Assembly (NCBI GenBank): GCA_033763455.1
Contig: JANRKO010000028.1
Coordinates: 181,705-245,704 of the forward strand
Direction: 5' to 3'
DNA length: 64,000 nucleotides
Origin: Polyangiaceae bacterium
GTDB taxonomy: Bacteria; Myxococcota_A; Polyangia; Polyangiales; Polyangiaceae
Positions 1 to 8,946 of this stretch are shown here, piece by piece. Position 1 is the first letter of the stretch, and each line of letters begins with the position of its first letter. The notes under the pieces are model-generated. The model was not told the DNA's origin. It searched no databases and saw nothing but the letters and a program-made list of their open reading frames with translations. The translations under genes were made by a program, and so were the position numbers.

Positions 1-1051
1 CATCATCGTGAGATGCTTCATGGTGGCCACTCAAGCCAGCGCCGCCCACCGCGCTGGCGATGATGTCACTGTTCCCATAAGAGTACGTTAGAGTAACGAC
101 GCGGGTGAGGTCACACTTGAAAGCGGATTGAATGATGTCCGTCTGTTCCACTGCTGCCAATGCGTGGCGAGCATCATCGTTGTCGTTTTCGGTGGTACTG
201 GCAGGGAGCGCGCCCAAGATCGGCTTTGAGCAGCCGACGCTCGGCCCGGAAGTAACCTGCGCTTCGAGTGCACGAATGGCCGTCAGATGGGAGTCCAGCT
301 TGGGCAGTTGAGAGCTTGGAACCTTCGCACGGATCGCCGTAAGATCCCTGATGACGAAATCGAGAATGCTCTTATTCTTCGCGCGTACGCGATCGATGGC
401 ACCCTGATCCCCCCCGAGCACTAAGTTGGCGAAGATGTTGTTAAAGGCCGTTTCTGGCCGACTTTCTGGCCATAGGGCTTGATTGAAGCCGGCGTAGGAG
501 ATCACTCTCAAGCACTCGGGCCCGGCACCTTTCATGGAGTGCAGCGAGGCGCCGAGTTGGAGCGACGCTATGGAGGTTCCCTGGAGGGAAGTGACGTTCT
601 TCAGGAGTTCTTGGTCCACCGAGGCCGCAGTTCCAGTGAAGGCCTTGCCGTTGTCGTCTTGTACCTCTTCCGGGGGACTGCCGGGAATGTACTTCCAGCC
701 GTCCGTTGGTGAAGGCGAAGGGCACATAATGGCAACCATGCCAGCCCCGTGTTTATCGCCCAGCCAATTGTCTGACCTCGGAATATCAATCCCTTTGAGC
801 ACAACCATGTCGTTGCGCAGTGCTTCGAAAGGCTTCAAAAGCTCAGTCATGCCCCAATCCTTCACGCCGCCCGCAGTGGGGAACCACTTTTCGGGGCGGG
901 TGCCACAGGGGCGATGAATGATGAGCAAACGTTGCGGCCCCACACTTTGTGCCTCTGCACGCAAGAGGGGCGCAACCAGTGCTGCGAGGCCGCTGCCGCC
1001 TACGCCAGAGAGAAACGCGCGTCGCAGGAAGCGAGAGTTGGAGGTGGTCAT
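1..1051 (-). CDS. DUF1552 family Tat-exported protein (partial; runs off the window start)
   Basis: Not in the ORF track; translated by hand from ATG at 1051: MTTSNSRFLRRAFLSGVGGSGLAALVAPLLRAEAQSVGPQRLLIIHRPCGTRPEKWFP...LLKPFEALRNDMVVLKGID...DKHGAGM. It has a twin-arginine signal and lies directly downstream of a DUF1592 gene, the usual pairing. Confidence 0.8.
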   Translation of the reverse strand, partial: MTTSNSRFLRRAFLSGVGGSGLAALVAPLLRAEAQSVGPQRLLIIHRPCGTRPEKWFPTAGGVKDWGMTELLKPFEALRNDMVVLKGIDIPRSDNWLGDKHGAGMVAIMCPSPSPTDGWKYIPGSPPEEVQDDNGKAFTGTAASVDQELLKNVTSLQGTSIASLQLGASLHSMKGAGPECLRVISYAGFNQALWPESRPETAFNNIFANLVLGGDQGAIDRVRAKNKSILDFVIRDLTAIRAKVPSSQLPKLDSHLTAIRALEAQVTSGPSVGCSKPILGALPASTTENDNDDARHALAAVEQTDIIQSAFKCDLTRVVTLTYSYGNSDIIASAVGGAGLSGHHEASHDD

Positions 1052-1068
1052 ACTGAAAAGGACCTTTC

Positions 1069-2865
1069 TTATTTGAGCGCTGGGTCTCGCACCATGAAGC
1101 CGGGCGCCGTGAGGAGGGCCCGAAAAAAGTCAGCAAAAGAGCCACTGGTCGCGAACTTGCTGCGAGCATCGGCAAGATCGCAGGACTCAACAGCGGAGGT
1201 GAATCCAAGTGAATACTTGGCGAGTGTTTGCGTTGCACAATTGGCGGTTGCGGGGCGATTTGCCAAGCGCTGCGCTAAGTCCACGACACCCGTGATCGGC
1301 CCATCGAGATCGGCACCGAGGCCAGCCAAAGTGGCGCTCGAATCGATCGCCATTCCGTTCGCATCCTGAGGTTTGAAGCGGCCGATGGGGTCGAACTGCT
1401 CAAAGGCCAATCCCAGCGGATCAAATAAGCTGTGACAACCCGCACAAGTGGGCAAAGCCGCTCGCTTGGCGGCGAGCTCACGCGCAGTGCCCGTCATGGT
1501 CTTACTCACGTCGAGTGCTCCCGCAGGTGGAGCGGGAACTGTGCCGCCGCACACGAAAGAGTTGTAAACAAACAGCCCGCGGTGGATCGGATCCCCGCTA
1601 TCCTTGTGTTGGTTTGAGGCAGCCAAGACGCCCGGCTGGGTCAAGAGCCCCGCTGCGGGCTGCGACGCGGCGATATCCACAGCCACGAGCTCACTGCCGG
1701 CTACGGCGGGTAACCCGTAAACAGAGGCGAGCTCGTTGTTCGCGTAGACTTTGCGCGAACTAAAGAGATCGGAGAATTTTCCGCTCCAAACGGTGTCGCG
1801 CAGGAATGCGGAGGCGCCCGCGTAGAGGCTTTCTTTGAGCGAAGGAGTGTACTCTGGGAAAAGACCCAGATCTTTTGCGCTCGAGCGAATGCGTTCAACA
1901 CCTGCCCAATACCTCACGAGTTCGGACACGTTGTCTCGAACCCGCTGAACTGCCAGCAGACGATCCACTTCTGCGGTGAGCACTGCCGGTTGGAGTAGTG
2001 TGCCGGAATTGGCCGCTGCCCAGAGCGCGTCGTCAGGTGCGGAATCCAGCAACAAGAAGGATATGGCTGAGGCCACTTCGTTGGCGGTGAGGGCTACAGG
2101 TGCTGTCGCCGCTGAGGCATCCACGCCAATTTCAGTTCGATACAGAAAAGAGCCAGATTGCAGCGCGGCTTGGATAACCATGCTGAGCGCTTCATCGCCA
2201 CCTTCTGTAGCTGAGAAGTCGTTGTAGATTTTCATTAGTCCGGCGGTTTCGGCGGCCGCAAGTGGTCTCCGCCAAGCGCGGGCGATCTTGTCATGGATGA
2301 ACTGCTCCACGCACGCGGCCGCAACAGCGGAGCCGCAAGGCTTCACTTGTTGTGCGATCTTCTGCGCTGCGCGCTGATATCCTTGGGCGGCCGTAACATC
2401 CACCTGAAAGGCTTCGGAAAAATTGGTGTAGTTGCCGCTTACACCGTTGGCCGTCGTGATCTGTGCGTCCCCGCCCGTGAGCGTTACGCCAAAGACATCA
2501 CTGCTCACCTTGACGACCTGTTCGTCGCTCAGCAACCAAACGCGCGCTGGAGCAAGTGGTGCGCCTGGTGCACAAGGCGTGCCGTTCGGGCCGGGAATTA
2601 GTGGTGCATCGCCGCCCCCGGTGCCTGCTCCCGTTCCGCCACCGACACCAGGCATGCCTGTTCCCGGCACAGATCCATCACCACCGGTTCCGGCTGCAAC
2701 GGGCATACCATCCGGGCCAATCGCAGGACTAACGCCGCTGCTCCGCGGTACGTTGGCGCTGCATGCCAACGCAAGGAGCGCCAGGCCCGGAACCACACCT
2801 AGCAGTAGACGCGAAGACCCTTCAGATATCGAGCGTCGCTCGACTTCAGGGCACGATGTTGACAT
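1069..2865 (-). CDS. DUF1592/DUF1588/DUF1595 (PSD/PSCyt) domain lipoprotein with a CxxCH motif
   Basis: Lipobox LALAC and a Gly-rich linker. Motifs RAWRRPL, ALQSGSFLYRTEIG, APDDALWAAA, GLLTQPGVL, PIHRGLFV and TCAGCHSLFDPLGLAFEQFDPIGRF. Start set at ATG 2865 (AAAGG upstream); the ORF track extends to 2943. Confidence 0.88.
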   Translation of the reverse strand: MSTSCPEVERRSISEGSSRLLLGVVPGLALLALACSANVPRSSGVSPAIGPDGMPVAAGTGGDGSVPGTGMPGVGGGTGAGTGGGDAPLIPGPNGTPCAPGAPLAPARVWLLSDEQVVKVSSDVFGVTLTGGDAQITTANGVSGNYTNFSEAFQVDVTAAQGYQRAAQKIAQQVKPCGSAVAAACVEQFIHDKIARAWRRPLAAAETAGLMKIYNDFSATEGGDEALSMVIQAALQSGSFLYRTEIGVDASAATAPVALTANEVASAISFLLLDSAPDDALWAAANSGTLLQPAVLTAEVDRLLAVQRVRDNVSELVRYWAGVERIRSSAKDLGLFPEYTPSLKESLYAGASAFLRDTVWSGKFSDLFSSRKVYANNELASVYGLPAVAGSELVAVDIAASQPAAGLLTQPGVLAASNQHKDSGDPIHRGLFVYNSFVCGGTVPAPPAGALDVSKTMTGTARELAAKRAALPTCAGCHSLFDPLGLAFEQFDPIGRFKPQDANGMAIDSSATLAGLGADLDGPITGVVDLAQRLANRPATANCATQTLAKYSLGFTSAVESCDLADARSKFATSGSFADFFRALLTAPGFMVRDPALK

Positions 2866-3150
2866 ATCACACCTTTCAGAATGCACAGAACCACGCCACG
2901 CACGGCGAACCGCGGGCATAAATGCCAAGAGCCTGCTCGCCATCAGTGGTGGGCTGAAGACTCAGGTAAGGTAACAAGTCGATATATCTGTCGCCATAGC
3001 GTTCTCCGGGGTGCGTTGTGTCGAAGCCTGGCGGGAAATGATCCTGAGAGTCCTTGTTTTTGGCTTGGTTCGCGTATGCCCGCCTTTTCGCCTAACACCT
3101 GGAAGTACCAGCGGAGACGCGGCTTCTGCGCGGTGCTAGCCTAGCTCTGC

Positions 3151-4317
3151 GTGGCCGGTGAAGCAGTGTTGACTCGTCGTTCTGTCATTGTGAAGGTGCC
3201 GCTTTCGGTTGGCCACGGGCGTGCCATCTTGGAGGGCGTCTCGGAATACGCGCGCAATCGCAAAGATTGGTGGATCACGGTGCTCAACGAAGAAGCTACC
3301 GTGGAAGTGGTGGCCAACGCCCAACCTTCAGGTGTGATCGCGTTCACCTTTACCCGTGAAATCGAAGATAGCCTTCGGGCGATTGGCGTACCTGTTGTCA
3401 GTGTCGCAAACACCGTGGAGCATTCCCTGTTGCCCGCGGTTTACTTCGATGATCATGAGGCCGGGCGCCTGGCAGCTGAGCATTTGATGACGTGTGGCCT
3501 GCGGCACTATGCATTCATGGGCGATCTGGATCCCATAAATGGGCGGCTTCGCTTGGAGGGGTTCCGCGCTGCGCTCGAGAGGGCGGGCCATTCTGTGGCA
3601 GTTCTTGAGTGCACGAACAATTTCAGTTGGATACCGTTCAACCCAGAGGACGTGATTCGCCAGCTTGTGGCCCTGCCCAAGCCCTGCGGCGTTTTCGCGC
3701 CTTGGGACCTCATTGCCTATCACGTGGCTCGCGTGTGCGAACACGCCAGCATCCGCGTGCCTGAGGAAATTGCCATCATTGGGGTCGACAACGATCCGTT
3801 GCTTTGCAACGTCTCACGGCCACCGCTCACCAGCGTCCGCATCCCTGCGTTTGAAATTGGGTTTCGTGCCGCCGAAATGCTCGACCATTTGATGACCGGA
3901 GGTGCGGTGCCCGAGCAGCCCGTGATCTTGCCCCCCTTGCCTCCGGTAGTGCGCCAATCAACAGAGGTGATCGCCGTTCCCGACGAGAAGGTGGCCATGG
4001 CGCTGCGCTATGTTCGCGAACACGCTCATGAATCCGTAGGCGTGACGCAGATGTGGGAAGCTCTAGCTGTTGATCGCAAGGAAATGGAAGCGCGCTTTCG
4101 TAAATTTCTCGGTCGCTCTGCTGGGCAGGAATTCACGCGTGTACGGGTCGAGCGTGCGAAGCAGCTCGCGCTTGATACCAACTACACTGCAGAAGAGTTA
4201 GCTCGCGCTTGTGGGTTTGCCACAGCTTCGTATCTTATTAGTGTTTTTCGGAAGCACGTGGGTGTCACGCCTCAGGCGTACCGCGAGACATTTCGTAGAG
4301 TGCCCGTAGCTAGCTAA
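3151..4317 (+). CDS. XylR-type transcriptional regulator (LacI-like sugar-binding domain + C-terminal AraC HTH)
   Basis: GRAILEGVSEYAR, AGRLAAEHL, IRVPEEIAIIGVDND, PPLTSV, VVRQST, and the C-terminal ACGFATASYLISVFRKHVGVTPQAYR. Confidence 0.92.
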   Translation: MAGEAVLTRRSVIVKVPLSVGHGRAILEGVSEYARNRKDWWITVLNEEATVEVVANAQPSGVIAFTFTREIEDSLRAIGVPVVSVANTVEHSLLPAVYFDDHEAGRLAAEHLMTCGLRHYAFMGDLDPINGRLRLEGFRAALERAGHSVAVLECTNNFSWIPFNPEDVIRQLVALPKPCGVFAPWDLIAYHVARVCEHASIRVPEEIAIIGVDNDPLLCNVSRPPLTSVRIPAFEIGFRAAEMLDHLMTGGAVPEQPVILPPLPPVVRQSTEVIAVPDEKVAMALRYVREHAHESVGVTQMWEALAVDRKEMEARFRKFLGRSAGQEFTRVRVERAKQLALDTNYTAEELARACGFATASYLISVFRKHVGVTPQAYRETFRRVPVAS

Positions 4318-4389
4318 CCTCTAAGCTTGCCGCCTGTGCGCCGCCCAAGCGTGAGCGCGCCGCGCGTTGGTGAGGCGGGTGACGAGAGT

Positions 4390-4422
4390 ATCTTTCTGAT
4401 TCACTCCCGCATCTTTCGATTC
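4390..4422 (+). promoter_or_regulatory. Putative AraC/XylR operator: direct repeat with a 21-bp period
   Basis: ATCTTTCTGATTC (4390-4402) and ATCTTTCGATTC (4411-4422), between the regulator and the mannosidase gene. Confidence 0.45.
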
Positions 4423-4497
4423 TGCTCAGGGGGTTGTAGGAAATACTGAAGAAGTGGCAGTTTGACCGTGTCATCTTCGCGTGTAAGCCTTGGGGGA

Positions 4498-7400
4498 ATG
4501 GTTCACGCTCACACCGACATTCGTCGGCAACGCCTTATTAACTTTCGTCAGCAGCTAGCCCGGAGCGTGATCGAGGAATGGATCCCGCTTCACGCTGAGT
4601 GTGCCCTGGCCGATGGACCCATGGCGTTCGGTGAAAGGGAGACGCTGAAATACCGTCCTATCAAGGAGGGTGAATCTTGGGGTAGTGCTTGGCAGAGCGC
4701 ATGGTTTCACCTGCAGGGCAAGGTGCCGGCGCATTGGGCTGGGAGTGAGGTAGTGGCACGCATTGACCTCAACGGTGAGATATTGGTGTTTGACGCCCAA
4801 GGTTGCCCGAAAATGGGGCTCACCAACGGGTCCGTGTTTGATGGCCACTACAACAAGGATATTCTGCGGCTCTACAGTCGCTGTGTGGGTGGCGAGTCGG
4901 TTTCTGTGTGGCTTGAGTCGGTCGCTAACGGACTCTTCGGGGTTCACCGTGAGGATCCGGAGCGCCTTGAAGACCAGGGGCATCTTCACGGAAAACACGA
5001 TGGTCGCGCCGTGGCTCTGCGCCTGTGCCGTTTCAACCGCGAGATGTGGCATCTGTGGCTCGATGTGGATGTCCTGTTTTCTCTCTGGGAAGCACTCCCG
5101 AACGATAGTCGGCGCAAGCGCAAGGTGTTTCGAGCACTTAACCAAGCGGCGGATGTGTTCGTCGGTGAAGGGCGAGTGGAAGCAGCGCGGGGCGCGCTGG
5201 CTCCTCAGTTGGCAATCCCCGCAGATGCCTCCGCGCTCTGCTTAACTGCCGTGGGCCACGCGCACATCGATACAGCCTGGCTCTGGCAGGTGAAAGAGTC
5301 GGTCAGAAAGTGTGCGCGCACATTCTCAAGTCAGATAGATCTGATCGAGCGCTACCCGGGCTATGTGTTCGGCGCCTCCCAAGCACAGCACTATCAGTTC
5401 GTGAAAGACCACTACCCGCAGCTTTACACCAAGATCAAAGCTGCAGTTGCCGCTGGAAGTTGGGAGGTGCAAGGCGGCATGTGGGTGGAGGCAGACGCTA
5501 ACCTCATTTCCGGCGAATCTATGGTGCGCCAGTTTGTCATCGGCAAGAATTTCTTTCGGGCTGAGTTCGGGGTCGAAGTTAAGAATTTGTGGTTGCCGGA
5601 TGTTTTTGGCTATTCGGGTAATTTGCCGCAGATCTTGGCAAAATCCGGCTGCCCTTACTTCCTCACGCAGAAGATGAGTTGGAGCCGCTACAATAAGTTC
5701 CCCCACAATACTTTCAATTGGCGTGGTATCGATGGCAGCGAGGTGTTGGCGCACTTCCCACCAGAGAACAACTACAACGCCAGCGTGATGCCATCTTCAT
5801 TGCTCACCGCCGATCGTGAATACGCTGAAACGGCTATTTGTGACGAAGCTATCTCCCTGTTCGGCATCGGCAATGGCGGCGGCGGGCCAAAGGATGAATA
5901 CTTGGAGCGCGCAAAGCGGGTAGCCAATCTGAACGGCCTTCCGAGCTATCAACTCGGAGCGGCTCAACCCGCACTCGAAAGGTTGAGCGCCCATAAAGCA
6001 GAATTGAGCACCTGGGTGGGCGAGCTTTACCTAGAAGCACATCGCGGCACCTTTACCACCCAAGCAAACATCAAGCGCCTCAATCGCCGCTTAGAAGAAG
6101 CCTTGCGTGCCACAGAAATGTTGTGCGCCACGGCTGGCTTGGCCAGCTACCCCTCCTGGGACTTGGATCAGAACTGGAAAGCGCTGCTCCTCAATCAATT
6201 CCACGACATCATTCCGGGCTCTTCAATCCACGCCGTGTATGAGGTCACCACGAAGGAGTTAGAAGGAGCCCTTTCTTCCTGTCAAGCGTTGGCCGCCAAT
6301 GCGGTTGCGGCGCTCAGCACCAGCGATAGCGAAGCGCTCTCCGTGTTCAATCCGGCAAGCACGCCATATGTAGGCACCTTCCAGCTGCCTGCCGGGTTCG
6401 GCAGCGTTGCCCTTTCTGATGGCACTCCGCTGGTTTGTCAGGCCACAGCGAGCGGGTCTGTATGCCATATCATGGTGCCGGCGCAGGGCTTCCTTTCTTT
6501 GCGTAGGCTTTCGAATGCGCCGGTGGCTGCCAGCGTTGCTGGCAACGGTAGCTCGGCCAACGTGCAGGTGCTGGAGAACCAGTGGGTGCGCTACGAATTT
6601 GACGGCAACCTTCGCTTGGTGCGCGCGTTTGATAAGGAGCTTAGTCGTGAGATCTTGGTGCCCAACGAGCGTGGCAATGAGCTTGCGCTCTACGAAGATA
6701 GGCCCCACGCGTTTGATGCTTGGGAGGTGGACGAATATTACGAGCAGCAGAAGGTCGACGTGGCCAAAGTGGTGCCGGGCAGCATTTCTCGGATTACCGG
6801 CCCCGTACGCCAGGGGTTGGAGGCTCGGCTCACGGTGGGCCAGTCCACTCTTAAGCAGCGCGTTTGGCTCGGTGAGCACAGCCGCCGGGTGGACTTCGTA
6901 ACAGAGGTAGATTGGGCGGAAAATCACAAAATGTTGCGCGTTTCTTTCCCTACCACGCTGCGCGCCAATGAAGCCAACTTCGAAATACAGTACGGCTTTG
7001 TGCCCCGCCCCACGCATCGCAATACCGCGTGGGATCACGCTCGCTTCGAAGTGGTTGGCCACCGTTACGCCGACCTTTCAGAAGGGGATTGGGGTGTGGC
7101 GCTTTTGAACGACTGCAAATACGGCTACAAGGTTCACGGCGGCGTTTTAGATCTCAATCTTCTGCGCGCCCCAACCGATCCAGATCCCATCGCTGATCGC
7201 GGGCAGCACCGCTTCACCTACAGCCTCTTGCCGCACGTAGGTCAGCTCGCTGAAAGCGTTGTCTTCCAGGAGGCAGCGGTCTTGAATCAAGGCCTCCTGA
7301 GCTTTGCAGGTGTGCGCTGGAACGCCACAGCGCTCCCGGTAACGCTGCAGGGGGAAGGCGTCGAGCTTTCGGTCGCGAAGAAGGCTGAAAACGATGAGTG

Positions 7401-7593
7401 TTACGTCGTGCGCGTCGTGGAAACCCGCGGCTATCGAGCTCAAGCCGTGCTCCAAGCGGCCGATCCCCAGGCGCGGATTGTGCCCACCAACCTCATCGAA
7501 TGGGAAGATGTTGAAAGCGAAGCGAGTGTCGGAAAGAAGGCGCTTGTTCTCGGTCCATTCGAAATTCAGACGTTCAAGGTTTGGGCCAGGTAG
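4498..7593 (+). CDS. Alpha-mannosidase, GH38 (cytoplasmic Man2C1/MngB-like)
   Basis: GHAHIDTAWLW, GGMWVEAD, WLPDVFGYS, ELYLEAHRGTFT, LLNQFHDIIPGSSI, ALLNDCKYGY. No signal peptide. ATG 4498 follows GGGGGA; the ORF track starts at 4462. Confidence 0.95.
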   Translation: MVHAHTDIRRQRLINFRQQLARSVIEEWIPLHAECALADGPMAFGERETLKYRPIKEGESWGSAWQSAWFHLQGKVPAHWAGSEVVARIDLNGEILVFDAQGCPKMGLTNGSVFDGHYNKDILRLYSRCVGGESVSVWLESVANGLFGVHREDPERLEDQGHLHGKHDGRAVALRLCRFNREMWHLWLDVDVLFSLWEALPNDSRRKRKVFRALNQAADVFVGEGRVEAARGALAPQLAIPADASALCLTAVGHAHIDTAWLWQVKESVRKCARTFSSQIDLIERYPGYVFGASQAQHYQFVKDHYPQLYTKIKAAVAAGSWEVQGGMWVEADANLISGESMVRQFVIGKNFFRAEFGVEVKNLWLPDVFGYSGNLPQILAKSGCPYFLTQKMSWSRYNKFPHNTFNWRGIDGSEVLAHFPPENNYNASVMPSSLLTADREYAETAICDEAISLFGIGNGGGGPKDEYLERAKRVANLNGLPSYQLGAAQPALERLSAHKAELSTWVGELYLEAHRGTFTTQANIKRLNRRLEEALRATEMLCATAGLASYPSWDLDQNWKALLLNQFHDIIPGSSIHAVYEVTTKELEGALSSCQALAANAVAALSTSDSEALSVFNPASTPYVGTFQLPAGFGSVALSDGTPLVCQATASGSVCHIMVPAQGFLSLRRLSNAPVAASVAGNGSSANVQVLENQWVRYEFDGNLRLVRAFDKELSREILVPNERGNELALYEDRPHAFDAWEVDEYYEQQKVDVAKVVPGSISRITGPVRQGLEARLTVGQSTLKQRVWLGEHSRRVDFVTEVDWAENHKMLRVSFPTTLRANEANFEIQYGFVPRPTHRNTAWDHARFEVVGHRYADLSEGDWGVALLNDCKYGYKVHGGVLDLNLLRAPTDPDPIADRGQHRFTYSLLPHVGQLAESVVFQEAAVLNQGLLSFAGVRWNATALPVTLQGEGVELSVAKKAENDECYVVRVVETRGYRAQAVLQAADPQARIVPTNLIEWEDVESEASVGKKALVLGPFEIQTFKVWAR

Positions 7594-7707
7594 TGGAGAG
7601 CCTCGGGTTTGGGGGCCGACTTTGGTGCACCACCTCATACGGAGCCGGCGCGGCTTCGTACGGCACCCGGGAATGCCAGAGAAACGCCTGAAGATCTGAA
7701 TTCTGGG

Positions 7708-7750
7708 TTGGCGCCCTGTGATATGACCATTAATAGATGACTATGGTCGT
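7708..7750 (+). promoter_or_regulatory. Putative toxin-antitoxin promoter/operator
   Basis: TTGGCG-17 nt-TAATAG. Inverted repeat ATGACCAT (7723-7730) / ATGGTCGT (7743-7750) overlaps the antitoxin start. Confidence 0.4.
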
Positions 7751-7927
7751 GAAACGGGCTTACCAAATGGCCGCCGGAGAATTCAAGGCGACATGCCTCA
7801 AGGTTATGGACGATGTTGCCAAGCTCAGGCGTCGACACCCACGCATTGATTTGCTGGGTGATGGATCCCTCTCATCACCAAGGACGATCGGATCCACGCT
7901 AGCAAGACGTGTCGGGCCGTTTGGTGA
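7737..7927 (+). pseudogene. Collapsed Phd/YefM antitoxin + PIN (VapC) toxin remnant
   Basis: Three fragments in different frames. Phd N-terminus MTMVVKRAYQMAAGEFKATCLKVMDDVAK (from 7737). PIN N-terminus VDTHALICWV (7831-7860). PIN C-terminus IPLITKDDRIHASKTCRAVW* (7865-7927). Confidence 0.75.
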
Positions 7928-7947
7928 GCTTGCAACCAAACGCCTCA

Positions 7948-8727
7948 GTGCACCCTCCTCTTGAGCAGCTTGGCTTTTGGGGCTCGCCCACGTCAACGGT
8001 GGATTGGTGCGAGTCCAACTACGCCGTTTCTCGCTACATTGCTGAGTTCTTCAATACTACTTCAAGCTTGGTGATCCTGGCTGTCGCGCTCTTCGGAGGT
8101 CTTCTGCACTATCGAGGCGTAGAGCGGCGGTTCACGGCGGCCTTTGCGGCACTCGGCGTAGTGGGCGTGGGCAGCACGGCGTTTCACGCGACGCTCCGCT
8201 TCGAGCTGCAGCTGCTGGATGAGCTGCCAATGTTGTATACCGCGCTGATCTTAGTCTACGTTTTAGTGGAAAATCGCGCTTCGCGTCGCTTCGGCAAGTG
8301 GTTCTTGGCGCTCTTGCTCGCTCATGGCGTACTGGTCACAGTGCTCACCGCGTGGACTCGGAGCTCCATCCAGTTTTACCTCTTTCACGCGAGCTTCGGC
8401 TCGCTTGAGCTCTTCGCTCTAGTTTCTTGCATTCGAATCGGGCTGAGGCAAAGCTCGCAAGCGCTCCGTCGCGTTTTTCACATTGGCATAGGGTCGTACG
8501 TTTTGGGGATCGTGCTTTGGTTCATTGACCTAAAATACTGCAGCTTGGTGTCGTTTATGTTGCCAGGTTTGGGGCTCGTTAACCCGCAGCTTCATGCCGT
8601 GTGGCACGTCTTGGTTGCCTTGGGTTTTTACCATTTGCTGGTGCTGCTGATGTTCGATCGTTCGACAACGCTTGGCCAAAGTGCGCAGCTCCGGCGCCGC
8701 TTTTGGTTACCCGTTGTGGTGCATTGA
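7948..8727 (+). CDS. Alkaline ceramidase (CREST superfamily; ACER3/YPC1-like), 7-TM Zn amidase
   Basis: FWGSPTSTVDWCESNY...YIAEFFNT, GVGSTAFHATL, QLLDELPM and QLHAVWH, with multiple TM segments. Start set at GTG 7948; the ORF track starts at 7909. Confidence 0.9.
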   Translation: MHPPLEQLGFWGSPTSTVDWCESNYAVSRYIAEFFNTTSSLVILAVALFGGLLHYRGVERRFTAAFAALGVVGVGSTAFHATLRFELQLLDELPMLYTALILVYVLVENRASRRFGKWFLALLLAHGVLVTVLTAWTRSSIQFYLFHASFGSLELFALVSCIRIGLRQSSQALRRVFHIGIGSYVLGIVLWFIDLKYCSLVSFMLPGLGLVNPQLHAVWHVLVALGFYHLLVLLMFDRSTTLGQSAQLRRRFWLPVVVH

Positions 8728-8829
8728 GTAGCGCCCCCGGCTCCCTTGATGCCCTAAAATCGCTCGCTCCCCTGGAGTCCCGTGCACGTTGCCTCGGCTT
8801 TCACCGTGGGTTCGTGGCCTTCGCACAAG

Positions 8830-8888
8830 GGCAAACGCCGGATTCACGGGACCTTGCCAACCTGTTTGCGTACTTGCGCTCTCTTTGA
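8830..8888 (+). pseudogene. Possible C-terminal fragment of a cytochrome c-type protein
   Basis: Reads ...PDSRDLANLFAYLRSL*, resembling the terminal DLxAYLxSL helix of cytochrome c domains. No CxxCH and no credible start upstream. Confidence 0.3.
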
Positions 8889-8946
8889 GCGGAAGATTGG
8901 GATTAGAACACCCATCCTCTCTCGGACGGAGGGCGCTGTTTACAGC

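Noticed and set aside
7737..7964. Intact 75-aa antitoxin gene as given in the ORF track
   Set aside because: Similarity to Phd stops after about 30 aa (no ITKxGKP motif); the rest is out-of-frame PIN sequence.
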